A stretch of 64,000 bases of DNA from Octopus bimaculoides (GCF_001194135.2 NC_068993.1:59126124-59190123), one strand, 5' to 3'. Numbered from the stretch's first letter, positions 1-11,833 are shown. Notes: generated by a model from the letters alone, not told the origin. A program made the numbers and translations.

Positions 1-154
1 TTTTCTTTTTCTCAGAATCTTGAATTTTTTTTTTTTTTTTTTTACTTGCGAATATGTCTTTCACCTTCTTCAATACTGCAACCACTTTAACATTCCTCTT
101 GCTGCTACTACAGATGTAGTCATGTTTACAGAATATTTCAAATGCATAACCACC

Positions 155-506
155 NNNNNNNNNNNNNNNNNNNNNNNNNNNNNNNNNNNNNNNNNNNNNN
201 NNNNNNNNNNNNNNNNNNNNNNNNNNNNNNNNNNNNNNNNNNNNNNNNNNNNNNNNNNNNNNNNNNNNNNNNNNNNNNNNNNNNNNNNNNNNNNNNNNNN
301 NNNNNNNNNNNNNNNNNNNNNNNNNNNNNNNNNNNNNNNNNNNNNNNNNNNNNNNNNNNNNNNNNNNNNNNNNNNNNNNNNNNNNNNNNNNNNNNNNNNN
401 NNNNNNNNNNNNNNNNNNNNNNNNNNNNNNNNNNNNNNNNNNNNNNNNNNNNNNNNNNNNNNNNNNNNNNNNNNNNNNNNNNNNNNNNNNNNNNNNNNNN
501 NNNNNN
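155..506. other. Assembly gap (first of 19 N-runs; others at 6720-6924, 13222-13556, 14025-14034, 23949-24550, 25353-25802, 26665-27186, 32495-32924, 33773-33921, 36085-36279, 39794-39942, 47203-47816, 49286-49295, 50346-50380, 57795-57843, 59199-59433, 60826-60835, 61582-61895, 63031-63233)
   Basis: Runs of N. Most are flanked by (TA)n, (CA)n or (CT)n, typical of short-read scaffolding breaks. Confidence 0.99.
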
Positions 507-634
507 ACCGATATCTACAGGCTGAGAGGCAAAGTTGACCTCGGCGGAATTCCAACTCAGAACGTAATAAATCGGAAGAAATGCTGCTAAGCATTCTGAC
601 CGACGTATTAACGATTCTGCCAACTCGCTGTCTT

Positions 635-697
<63 letters not shown>

Positions 698-790
698 TTT
701 CAAATTTTTCCACAATGATAGCAACTTTGGGGGAGGGGATGAGTCGATTACATCGATCTCAGTGTTCGACTGGTACTTATTTTATCGACC
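507..790 (-). mobile_element. SINE family A fragments (tRNA-derived) with intervening (TAA)n
   Basis: Reverse complement of the family A head (aacgattctgccaactcg, B-box region aattccaactcagaacgt) at 507-631 and of the tail module (agtcgattacatcgatc...actggtacttattttatcgacc) at 697-790; (TAA)n at ~638-696. Confidence 0.8.
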
Positions 791-1339
791 AGTCGATAAA
801 ATAAGTACCATGGATCAATCTGCCTAAACTATACACGAATAAATAGCTCGAAGAAAGAATACATTAATGTGAAAGGAAACTATAAGAAATTGTGATCGTG
901 AAAAGAAACCACCTGAATATCGATAGATCAAATCTTTTGAAAAGTAAATGCTAGTATGGATGGAAACTGGATTCCACCCTAATATAATCAGACGCCATTT
1001 TTGCCAAACCTCACAAGAAAGAAAGAAAATATGTTATATAAAATTGAACCTCCTCCACAAAAGAAAGGAAGGAAAATTCTTAGAAAATTCTATCTTTACT
1101 TAGCGAAATGCAAAAGTAAAAGTCTGATATAAAAAAAGAGGAAATAAATGAAAATAATTTATGAAATATATTAACAGAAAAAGAAGATACACGAATATTA
1201 AAAAAAGTGCTTTAGGAAATTATATCAACAAAAACATGCGACGTGGCACGTTTTAAGAAAACTAACTGCTTCTTTCAGAACAAGGAATCAAACGCCAAAC
1301 GATTTTGTAAGGGTATTTAACCAAAACTTCTCCGGATGA

Positions 1340-2310
1340 CACACCAACAACACTGGAAGTTCAAATGTCTTCTCATATGAAACCTTGGAGTGTGGATGGT
1401 TCGTTCGACAAATCTACTTCATTCATCTCTCTGCGGCTATTTTTACTGCTGCAATTTTAAACCCATTATGCTGTTATGCTTTCGACCTGGTGTTTCTCTA
1501 ACCTTTTCCAGAGATTTCTCTTGTCTTCTTCCTGGTCTTTTCTCAGGACCTTCTCCTGCAACGAACAATCATTCTAGACTTTCTACCCAGATAGCCTGTC
1601 CAAAATATCGAAATGTTTGGTCGTCTACTTCTTTTAAGAGACCCCACGTGTTCCAATTTAGTCTAACGCCTACTGTTCTGCCCTTTCTTTACTGTTCAGC
1701 TAATTCTTAGGATTCTTCTAAAAGAGCAACCTTGAAAATCCTCTGTCTTTTGTCTATCAGTTTTCTGAAGAGTTTAGTATTCAGATCCAAACATTGCTAT
1801 TGAAAATATTAAAGCGTGCTGCAATGTTGGCCTGGTAACTTTACTTATTGATGGATTTTTTTTTTCTAAATGCATTTTAACGAGATAACAGCGGATTTGG
1901 CTGTTGGCAAGATTTCTTTTAACTCTTTGTTGTTATCACATTGATTTGTAATAAATCTTCTAAGATATCGTGGGAGGAATGATTGATTTAGGTTCCTCAA
2001 AACTAATGAGTAAACCATATTCTTCGCTTGTTTCTTTCATTTTCTTCATCAAAATCCTCAGTTCTTCTACGCTACTAGCCATAAGGACAGTGTCATTAGC
2101 ATATCTAAAATCGACAACCATTCTTCCACCGATCTTAATTGTATCTGCAGAACTTTTTAAAACTTTCCTCATTACTTTTTTTGCAAAGATGTTAAGCAGA
2201 GAATGAGAAAGGATGCATCGTTGTCGGACCTCGGTTCATCCGCAAACTATTCAGGGAAGTTTACGTTAGTTTGGACAGCTGCGAATGAAGTGATATTAAT
2301 ATTTACATAA
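1340..2310 (-). mobile_element. Decayed RTE-clade LINE, reverse transcriptase C-terminal half and 3' end
   Basis: Minus-strand translation gives VRQRCILSHSLLNIFAKKVMR (cf. GVRQGCILSPxLFN), IKIGGRMVVDFRYANDTVLMASSVEEL (RYADD motif), AMFGSEY*TLQKTDRQK and FRYFGQAIWVESLE*LFVAGEGPEKRPGRRQEK (RTE/BovB-type C-terminus), with stops and frameshifts. Confidence 0.88.
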
Positions 2311-2575
2311 AATGTTAAGGAGAGTGCTGTTTCTGTCGACATTAATCAAAATTTGTCAGGAATGAATGTGTTAGATGTGTACAAAGAACGCAATATGAAA
2401 CAAACAAACAAAAACAAATCAACTCAAAAAATCACACTGCAATGGAAAAAAAGGGAAAAAAGATTAAAAAAAGAATAGCATCATAAGTTTGATCGACCAT
2501 AGGTGGCAAGGAAATATCACCAACACTTTAAGAAAGGCAAGCGACAGCATTCAATGAACTGGTGAACACAGCACT

Positions 2576-2666
2576 ATCAACACCTGAATAGCAATATCAA
2601 CACCTGAATAGCAATATCAACACCTGAATAGCAATATCAACACCTGAATAGCAATATCAACACCTG
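2576..2666. repeat. Perfect 20-bp tandem repeat (ATCAACACCTGAATAGCAAT) x4.5
   Basis: Four identical units plus an 11-bp partial unit, read directly. Confidence 0.97.
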
Positions 2667-3481
2667 CCGGTGAGGAAAACAATGTTAATTCTTAAAAATA
2701 AAACAAGTGGAGACCTCTAAAACAACAGATTTTTTACTCCAATGGCAACAACCTACAGAATCCTAACACTCATAGTCTATAACTGACTGGTTGTTGACCT
2801 AAAGAGCAATAACAATTTAACAGAGAAATCGAAAGGGTAGCGGAAAGATAAAAGGTATACTTACATGCATTCTAAAACAAAATCATTCCGACATAAAGAA
2901 ATAATTCAAATATTTTATTATTCATATATTATTCATATTCTTATTACATAGGAGAAATTATAGTAAACACGAGTTATATTATTGTTTCCTACGGACTTTT
3001 CACTCTTATGATTGCTTGGAACCCTGCATTAGATGTTCCATGGACATTTGGACGCTTAACCAGAACTGATCATCAGGGAACACTTTGTTACATTCAATTA
3101 TAGAGAATTAATGCATTGCGTTTTACAGGATAGAAAGTGCATCGGAAAGAGATGTGTAGGATTACAAAGCAAAATGACTCCAACATAAGGATATAATTCG
3201 AAATATGTTGGGTTTTTTTTTGCACCAAAAATGTCAATATCGTACATGAAATATTACTTCCACATGGCTACTGGTTGGAATCTGGTGGCTCCAGAAAGAT
3301 TCGGAACAAAGACCAAATCTAATACCGTTTACGAGATAGTTGTCAATGGATCTAAGAATAAAATTTTCCATAAAATGTATGAATAGTAGACATTAAACTT
3401 TCCAAGTCAAGAGCAATGATCGTGTAAAAAAGAAGGTGCAGCAAGTTTAAATAAAATATGTATGGCAATACAAGAATGTTT

Positions 3482-3835
3482 ATTACCTCAGTCTTAGCGA
3501 AGACGGAGGTATTGTTTTCAGTTGTGTTTGGTTGTTTGTTTGTTTGTCTGTGGACAAGATATCTCCAAAACTGCTGTATGGATTCGAATGAAAGTTTCAG
3601 GGATGTTTGGCCTCGTGACTGGCACGAGCTGATTGGAATTTGGGATCGATCCGGTACCGGACAAAGATTCTGGATTTTTTTAAAATTTAATTTTTGAGAG
3701 CGGTCGGGTTCATTTTTAGTATTCTCATTTGTGAGAGCAGTCGAGTTTATTTCAGATATTCTCATTTTAAAAATCATCTCTGGCTGGTCGTTGAGAGGAC
3801 GTTGATGTTGCCTTGGCGGAAGTTTGCGACGCATG
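3482..3835 (+). mobile_element. Non-autonomous Helentron/HINE (DINE-1/pearl-like) element
   Basis: 5' hairpin TACCTCAGTCTT-AGCG-AAGACGGAGGTA (3484-3511), then a (GTTT)n/GTCT microsatellite, the GATATCTCCAAAACT...GGATTCGAATGAAAGTTTCAGGG core and 3' CCTTGGCGGAAGT. This architecture is typical of HINE-class elements. Confidence 0.6.
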
Positions 3836-3918
3836 CTATAAAATAAGTGATTGGAAAAAAATCAGTTCGAAGAATGTCCAAACTTCCTTTGTATCGTGAA
3901 ATAAAACTGTGTACATTA

Positions 3919-4135
3919 CAAGTGGGTGCTGAAAAGTTCCTGGCTTTAAGGGTATCGCGAAAGGCCTGATTGGAGACCCAAACTTTTGAGTTCTTTTACA
4001 AGGCTTAGAAAAACTGAAGGACCGCTGCAATAAGTGAATAAATCTGAGAGGGAAATATATTGAATAAAACCATAATTATCTGATCCTCCAATATTTTCTT
4101 TTACCTAAGGCCAGGAACTTTTCAGCACCCCCTCG
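3919..4135 (+). mobile_element. Mariner-derived MITE, copy 1
   Basis: TIRs (caagtgggtgctgaaaagttcctggc / gccaggaacttttcagcaccccctcg) flanked by TA. The interior encodes a remnant of the mariner C-terminus, FYKA(frameshift)LEKLKDRCNK*INLRGKYIE*. Confidence 0.9.
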
Positions 4136-4584
4136 TATAAACAAGATTTGTTTGCCAGAACAAATATAACACAACAGAAAATTCCTGAATAAGGATATCA
4201 AATAAGTGACATACGAAAACTATAACAGTATAACACTGTGTGACGTGGATTTAATTGGAAACAAGACAGATCTGCCATAAATTTAAAATAGTTCTGTTTA
4301 ACTAATGTCAGGTAGGTTAAAGAAAGTCTCTCTGCTCGCGCACGAAGCGAAAAGCAATTTGTGTGAAAAATGGTTGATGACGTTTCGTCGTATGACATGC
4401 AAAAGAGACTTTTTGACACTCAGGAGAATTAATTACAGATGTAACGACTAGCTACAAGTGAATATAGTAATTACTGGAGACAGCAAAATGAGTAAAGCAA
4501 ATCTTAGTATGGTATATAGATTATTGAAAACTATTTAATAGTAAACTACACTCTTTGATACCGGAGATACTCGTTACAAATAAA

Positions 4585-4720
4585 ACAACTTTAACACTTT
4601 GTCTTTCACCCTTTGAAGATTGATAAAATAAGTACCAGCAGAGCACTGGGGTCGACGTAATCGGCTATCCCCCTCCCCCGAAATTGCTGTTATTGTGCCA
4701 GAATTTGAAACCAATATTAG
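4585..4720 (+). mobile_element. SINE family A, 3' half
   Basis: ctttgtctttcaccctttgaagattgataaaataagtaccagcagagcactggggtcgacgtaatcggct...gtgccagaatttgaaaccaat. Confidence 0.8.
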
Positions 4721-5062
4721 GAATAAGATAATAGGCACAGGTACACTACCGTCATAGTTATAAACTACAGATTCAACATGATAAAATGTTAAGAGAAACA
4801 GAAGAGCCTATACAGAATATAAAACCCCAAAACAGGTACAGGTAGGATATATCTAACCTAAACACACGAAGGATGGAAACTAATACAAAATTGAGAGAAT
4901 TGCTTCAGCGTAACAACAAAAAATACGACAAAGACAGTAAAGGATAATTGACCTGTGTAATAAGAAGACGCGAAGAAACAAACCTTTATTCCATACTAGC
5001 TAAAAACCACACTCCTTGCGGTCTTTCAAGCTAGCTCCTGCAGAGGGCTAATTGGGCCTGCA

Positions 5063-5170
5063 GCCCAAAAGTACCAGTTACGCACTGGGGTTGCTGTAAT
5101 CAACTTAATCCCCTTGTCTGTCCGTGTTTGTCCCCTCTATGTTTAGCCCCTTGTGGGCAATAAAGAAATA
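5063..5170 (+). mobile_element. SINE family A variant, 3' end
   Basis: aagtaccagttacgcactggggttgctgtaatcaactt followed by an alternative tail (tttagccccttgtgggcaataaagaaata). Confidence 0.65.
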
Positions 5171-5180
5171 TATATTATAT

Positions 5181-5528
5181 AGTCATTACTCAATAAAATA
5201 GCACAACATGTATTGTTCGGTCATCACTCGATCAAATAACTCGACACATAATCTATACAGTCGTTACTCAATTAAATTAAATCGTGCATACTCTATAAAG
5301 TCATTATTCATTGAAAAAACACACGACTCGTATTTTACACCGTCATCACTCAAACAACAGATATTCAATATATTCATTACTTGAGTATTACAACACATAT
5401 TCTACACAATCATCACTCAATGAAAATAAATTAATACATAGTCTGTTTAGTCATCACTCAGTTTAATTACGCAACGCACGTTCTACACGGTCATTACTCA
5501 GTAAAATAAGTCAACCTATACTCTTAAG
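5181..5528. repeat. Old degenerate ~40-bp minisatellite, 9 units, conserved GTCATYACTCA core
   Basis: Core motif starts at 5182, 5220, 5260, 5300, 5342, 5373, 5409, 5450 and 5490. Confidence 0.85.
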
Positions 5529-5894
5529 TAATAAACACACGATGCTATAACACCAACACATGACTGATATCGCAGTTTACATAACTGTTATTCATTAATA
5601 TAACATAACCCATAAAGAACATAAATTTACACAAGAGTCATCGTCCGACACATTACAAAACATAATCACCACCTAACAAGATAACACAACTTATATTGGA
5701 TACATTCTACGTAACAAAACAGAATGATATCGAAAATTAACACCAGAAACAGCAAAACATATCCCACAACAAAGCCAAACTAATGCAGCATAGAAACCCT
5801 CTTCTACGCTCCCAAAAGACAATGTTGTGCGCAGCTCAAGAACATGAAGGTGTGGGCCTGGTGATGGAGTAGAACGCTGGCATGGAACTGTGGA

Positions 5895-6036
5895 AAACAT
5901 GATGTTGTTGTTGATGATGATGTTGATGATGATGATGAGGAGGAGGAGGAGGAGGAGGAGGAGGATAACGATGATGAAGATAATTAGAATGATGCCGACG
6001 GTGATGATGACAGTGGTGATGATGACGATGATGATG

Positions 6037-6112
<76 letters not shown>

Positions 6113-6130
6113 TGATGATAATAATAATAC
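5895..6130. repeat. Compound trinucleotide microsatellite (GAT/GAG/AAT)
   Basis: Direct reading. It explains the poly-M/R/I ORF. Confidence 0.97.
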
Positions 6131-6407
6131 TGATTATAGTAATAAAAACAGCAACCCTCTAATTTTCCATAATGATAATTCTAAAATTACAAAACAAGAG
6201 TATAAACAAATAAAAAAAATTAATCGCAATAAATTAAATAATAAAAAAAAGCTAAGAGATAAAAAAGAACAAAGACTGTTTCACTTGGTCTGAGTCCAAT
6301 CTAATTAAGTATACTTTATAACTATTTTGGTCTAATATTGATCTGATTCGATTATATAGCGACAGTTGTATTGTTGTTGTTATTACTATTGTCATGGTTG
6401 TTGTTGC

Positions 6408-6444
<37 letters not shown>

Positions 6445-6591
6445 AAGAGTTCGTTAGATTCCGTTAACACACCTCTGCTTCCAATCGTTCACCCATGCCA
6501 AATATGTATGCATGATTGCATGTATGTATAAATGTATGTACGAATGTGTGTGTGTGTGTGTGTGCGTGTACGGATGGGCGGGTGTGTGTGC

Positions 6592-6637
<46 letters not shown>

Positions 6638-7560
6638 TACACTCAGCCATAAATTTTATCCGATTTATGCCCGTAACATATTTTCATATGTACAAATACA
6701 ATGTTCATTCCTCGGTAATNNNNNNNNNNNNNNNNNNNNNNNNNNNNNNNNNNNNNNNNNNNNNNNNNNNNNNNNNNNNNNNNNNNNNNNNNNNNNNNNN
6801 NNNNNNNNNNNNNNNNNNNNNNNNNNNNNNNNNNNNNNNNNNNNNNNNNNNNNNNNNNNNNNNNNNNNNNNNNNNNNNNNNNNNNNNNNNNNNNNNNNNN
6901 NNNNNNNNNNNNNNNNNNNNNNNNATATATATGTATACATATATGTGTGTGTATACATATATACATATATATATATACGCATATGTATATACACATATAT
7001 ATGCATGCGTATATATATATATATATGTCTATATATATATATATATGTTTTTATGCACATATGTATATGTATATATACATGTAATAAGTATATATATATA
7101 TATATATATATATGTTTATATATGTGCATATATATATAAATACATATGTATATATGTATCAGTATGCATATATACATGTGTGCGAGCGTGCGTGTGCGCG
7201 CATGCGCGTGATTTTTAAACGAGTAAAAAAAAGAATGCAGAAAGATATATAAAAGAATGGAAGAGTAAAGAATTCGTACTGGAAGCACAACTCTGCTTCT
7301 TCCTTCTTCAAAAACAACTGCAAAAACAAAGCACTTTCTTCTTCATTACAATCAATCTCATCCATTTCAAATTATTATGACTTCTCGTGTACATCTCCGC
7401 CTCTTGCTTCTCCTCTTCTATTAAACTCTCTCCTTTTCTTTTCTTTTGTTATTCTTATCAGTGTTATACCTCCTCCTCCGCAGAGTAGGCCATGCGCATG
7501 ATTACAGAGACAAATATATATGCATGTATGTGTGTTTGTATGTATGTATATGTGTAATTG

Positions 7561-7604
<44 letters not shown>

Positions 7605-7799
7605 TATGTATATATATGTATATATATATGTGTATATATATGTATATAGTACATATATATGTACATATATATGTTTGTACACGTGCATATATTTATTGAT
7701 GTTTATACATGTATACGCATTTGTATATAAATGTATAGATGTATGTACGTCTATGCGCTCGTGTTCGTGTGTACAAGTATATAATATGTATATATACAT

Positions 7800-8112
7800 A
7801 GAATCTTCCTAGAATCTTCCAAGTAGGTGGAAGGACTTCCAGGAAAGTTCCGAGTATGGTATAAAGGGGAGGAAGGACTGTCAGGTAGCCCTTCCTCCCC
7901 TTCCTTCCCCTCCTCAGAAGTTTCCAGGAAGTACTTCCCTTTCTCCTCCTCCTCGGACCTTTACAGAAAGTGGCCACCCCCCTCCTCGGGTTTTTCCAGG
8001 ATGTCTTTCCTCCGCTTCCTCCCCATCCTTCCCTTTTCTCCTCGACCCCGCTCCTCCAACGTTTTCTTGAAGTGGCCACCCCCTCCTCGGCCTTTTCTCG
8101 TTCTTTTCCTTC
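7800..8112 (-). repeat. GC-rich, strand-asymmetric dispersed repeat with TTCCAGGAA motifs (copy 1)
   Basis: Recurrent CCTCCTCGG(A)CTTTTCCAGGAAGT(GGCCACCCC) units; reverse-complement similarity to 29470-29650. Confidence 0.7.
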
Positions 8113-8375
8113 CTCGAGCACAGTGTCCAATAGCTTCACATAATCGTCTGGACTGAGCCTAAGGCCTTGCTCAAGAATGGTAAATTTCGGCGTGTGGACG
8201 CAGACAGGACGTCTACTGTGTCCCTTCCTACAGACCACAGCTTCGTAGTCTCCGTTGCAGCTGTCCATGTCTCGTCTTACAGCCTTTACGCTGTTTACAA
8301 GGTATTGAGCAGCAGTCATGCTGTCGGCGTTTTGATACCGAAAGTAAATCATCATGACACAGGTAGCTCTTTTTC
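8113..8375 (-). pseudogene. Internally deleted Tc1/mariner (maT/DD37D-like) transposase relic
   Basis: NADSMTAAQYLVNSVKAVRRDMDSCNGDYEAVVCRKGHSRRPVCVHTPKF resembles the N-terminal DNA-binding region of DD37D-type transposases (RKxHSRRSDxVRTPEF). It is fused directly to ILEQGLRLSPDDYVKLLDTV (cf. PHIFExGLRLNSDxYVxLLxTV of the catalytic domain). Confidence 0.72.
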
Positions 8376-8930
8376 CAATATTCAGATAGCTTCCAGTCCT
8401 CCAGATAGCTTCCAGTCCTCAACGACAACTTTAATATTCATGCTCCCCAATGCATCAATCTGTTCCTGAAAAAAATGTAACCAGAACATCTTGTAACGTG
8501 GAGATACTAAGTTCATTGCGGTGATATAGAGGGATGTAGTCTGTGAACAACGTGGTGATGTTGACTATGTATATAAAACGTGGAGTTGTTTGGTGTATTG
8601 AGACAGCCGTGATGTTGACTGCAAACAAAATGTATGACATTGCTGACGTCATAGACAGACTTTGTAGATGCTGACTGAATAGAGACAGAGCAAATAACAT
8701 CAGTAAGACGAACATCTCAATAGATTTTTTTTACTATTCCGCTTCCGTTCCGGTCAATAGTAAATGTTGCATGGTGTCCGCTCTTTAAGAAATTAGTATA
8801 ACATTAATTCAATATCTTTAATTTCTTTGAAACTTAGAAGAATTCGAAGAATAGAATATAGGGCGATGAAATATCAAACACTGTATCAAATTCTTGTGTG
8901 TAGTTATTAAACTATTGCCATAGATACTTA

Positions 8931-8953
8931 TGCTGCTGCTGCTGCTGCTGCTG

Positions 8954-9025
<72 letters not shown>
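8931..9025. repeat. (CTG)n-(CTA)n compound microsatellite
   Basis: Direct reading. Confidence 0.98.
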
Positions 9026-9564
9026 ATTCTCTTTATAGTAACCAATATTTAAAAAAAAAAAACATACTTGACACAAAACAATAACAGAAACACCAGCTTT
9101 TGACAGCAATTAATTAATTATAAAATCTTTGCCTAAACCGTTACTCTTTCTTCTTCAAATACTCATCTCTGCTTTTCTTTCTTTTTTTTTTTGTCAGGAA
9201 CAGATCGTATAATATATCACATTCAGATTCATTTATTAGTAAACAAAATGTCTGCCATAGTTTATTAAGTCCAACTGATACATCCGATTTTCAATCATTC
9301 TTTCCGGTTTGTGCTAGAGGATATTGTATGGTTCTCTAATAAAACAATACTTCACCTACACCTAACGTTTAGATGAATAACAAATAATTCTATGTAAACT
9401 GCTGGAGATTTTAAGTGATTTATCAATGGTCTGTCTCGTTGCATTAATTTTATTTACGGGTTTATGTCGAATGTAGTTACCACCCTGGCAGTGAGACAAT
9501 TTGACGCAGTTTCAGTTCCAGATTGTTACATTTTCAGTTGTCTCTGAATATGTGGACATGAGTT

Positions 9565-9712
9565 AGGGCGACCAGTAGACAGAAGCGTCAGTACGCTGGG
9601 AAAATGCTTAGTGGCATTTCGTTCGTCCTTACGTTCTGAGTTCAATTTTCACCGAGGTCGATTTTGCCTCCGTTCAGGATCGAAAAAATAAGTATCAGCT
9701 GATAGTTATTGG
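9565..9712 (+). mobile_element. SINE family A, degenerate copy
   Basis: aaatgcttagtggcatttcgttcgtccttacgttctgagttcaattttcaccgaggtcgattttgcct...aagtatcag. Confidence 0.8.
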
Positions 9713-9861
9713 GTTGGCAAGAAAGTAATTTCGTTTTTTTTTTTAGTGTGAAATAAAAGTAATTTCTTTTTTCCATACAAAGAATGAGCTTCAATCAATT
9801 ATATATTTTCCATTTTTTCGATGACCCTTTGCCATCTTTCTGGCAACTTCATGATTCCGCT

Positions 9862-10052
9862 CTGGAAGTACTGCAATCTCAGAACCACAAACAGCGAGAG
9901 ATCTGGGCATCAGCATCTGTAGTGATGCATCATTTCACATGCACATTGTCAAGTCGACAGCAAAGTACAGACAACTGGCAGGGTGGATACTGAGGACATT
10001 CAGAACAAGGGATCAAAAAGTCATGTTGACTCTATGGAAGACATTTGTTCTG
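9862..10052 (+). mobile_element. CR1/L2-group LINE fragment (post-RT region)
   Basis: TARDLGISICSDASFHMHIVKSTAKYRQLAGWILRTFRTRDQKVMLTLWKTFVL matches the RDLGI...GWILRTF.TRD...MLTLWK..V pattern of CR1/L2/Jockey ORF2. Confidence 0.85.
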
Positions 10053-10092
10053 ACTGAAACAGGTAAAAAGAGTAAAACGAGAGAAAAAAAGA

Positions 10093-10153
<61 letters not shown>

Positions 10154-10950
10154 TATAATATAAAAATGTGTGTGTGTGAAGTTAGCAAGTGGGATCCAGA
10201 GGTTTTGGATATAGAAAACGCTTTGTAACGCTCAAATGATTCGAACTTAGACTCCGATATACATACATACTTTGTATTAAAAAAAAACCAAGCTGTGATA
10301 TTTATTTTGTTTATCTACATAATTTCCGCCCCCAACACATATGCAGAACAACAAGTGCAAAACATTATGTCATGTTGCAAAACAAAACCGCTACCACTTC
10401 TTTCCTTGTTGCCATAACTTCTATTATAACCACCACCCACCATTTCTGCCACAACCCCCGCAGTCACCACCAAACCTACCACCCCTCCATGAACACCCCT
10501 CCCCCCAAACCACCATCGCCATCGCCATAATCTCTACCATAACAACGACCACCATAGTCGCTCCCAGCACCGCTACCATCGTAATCACCACCACCACCAA
10601 CATCCGTTTGACGTCAGCCATCCCAGATCCTGTTCATCTGACAATAGCTAAATATAGAAACGAAGAAATCCCATCTCCAATGCTGAGATACTCCGGATTT
10701 CTCCGCACCTGTCAATGGTTGCTATTGGCAACAATGGTAGTTCCAACTGTTGATGTCACTGCTTCGATTTCTGCTCTTACTGCTGCTGCTGCTGCTGCTG
10801 TTGTTGTTATTGCTATTACTGTTAGTGCTGCTGATTATGATGTTATTGTTGTTGCAGATATTTCTCTTATTGCTAATCAGCGTTAAGTAGTGTCCCATAC
10901 GAGATGTGTATGTGTGTGTGTATATGTATGTGTGTGTGTTTGTGTTTGAG

Positions 10951-11026
<76 letters not shown>

Positions 11027-11163
11027 TAGATAGATAGATAGATATTTATATTCACACAAACACAAAAACATACATATATATATATATTCACACAAACACA
11101 AGCACACACGCATACATACACACACATACGCACATACTCACGTACACACACACACATATATAT

Positions 11164-11341
11164 ATTCTTTTCTGTTCTAGGCACAAGGCCCAAAATTTGG
11201 GGAGAGGGGCCAGTCGATTAGATCGCTCCCAGTACGCAACTGGTACTTAATTCATCGACCCTGAAAGGATGAGAGGCAAAGTCGACCTCAGCGAGAATTT
11301 GAACTCAGAACGTAAAGACTGACAAAACATCGCTAGGCATA
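11164..11341 (-). mobile_element. SINE family A, 5'-eroded copy
   Basis: tctaggcacaaggcccaaaatttggggagaggggccagtcgattagatcg...ggtacttaattcatcgaccctgaaaggatgagaggcaaagtcgacctcagcgagaatttgaactcagaacgtaaag. Confidence 0.9.
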
Positions 11342-11833
11342 ATTTAAATGTATCCTGGCTTTAAGAGACAACACATAGTGTCGATGACAGAATACAAGAC
11401 TTCATCATTCTTTTCTTTCGGTCGTAGAACAGATTCCTTATAATATAAAGAAAACAAAACTCTTGCATGTGTGCCACATATGATAAGCAAACCACATGAA
11501 GCACACAAAGCACATGTGATACATGATTCATTCATGGAGCACGATTGACATATAGCACATGTTCCACATTCGACTCCTTAGTATTTAATACGTTGCTCGC
11601 TGAAACTGGTTAAATTGCTGAGCTAATTTGTTTGGTAGAGTAATGATAAATGCCTTGTGTGGAGTTCAAATTCCTCCAGGAATTTGCTTTTGGCCCACCG
11701 CGTCGATAAAGTACTTTCCAAAGAAATATATTAGACTTTTATATTTTGTGGCATGTGAGAAATGAATTTTACTATGCTCGGCAAAGAAACCATTTACATA
11801 TTTGATGTATTTTATATTTATTCACATGAGTGA

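Noticed and set aside
5181-5528. CRISPR-like repeat-spacer array
   Set aside because: The core is only 11 bp and imperfect, the spacers are mutually homologous, there are no cas genes, and the context is eukaryotic.
5780-5990. LFYAPKRQCCAQLKNMKVWAW-TGA read-through (selenoprotein idea)
   Set aside because: No recognisable selenoprotein motif or SECIS element; the downstream frame is microsatellite.
10600-10720. Possible RTE relic on the minus strand (SALEMGFLRF)
   Set aside because: The match is too short and interrupted to support a call.
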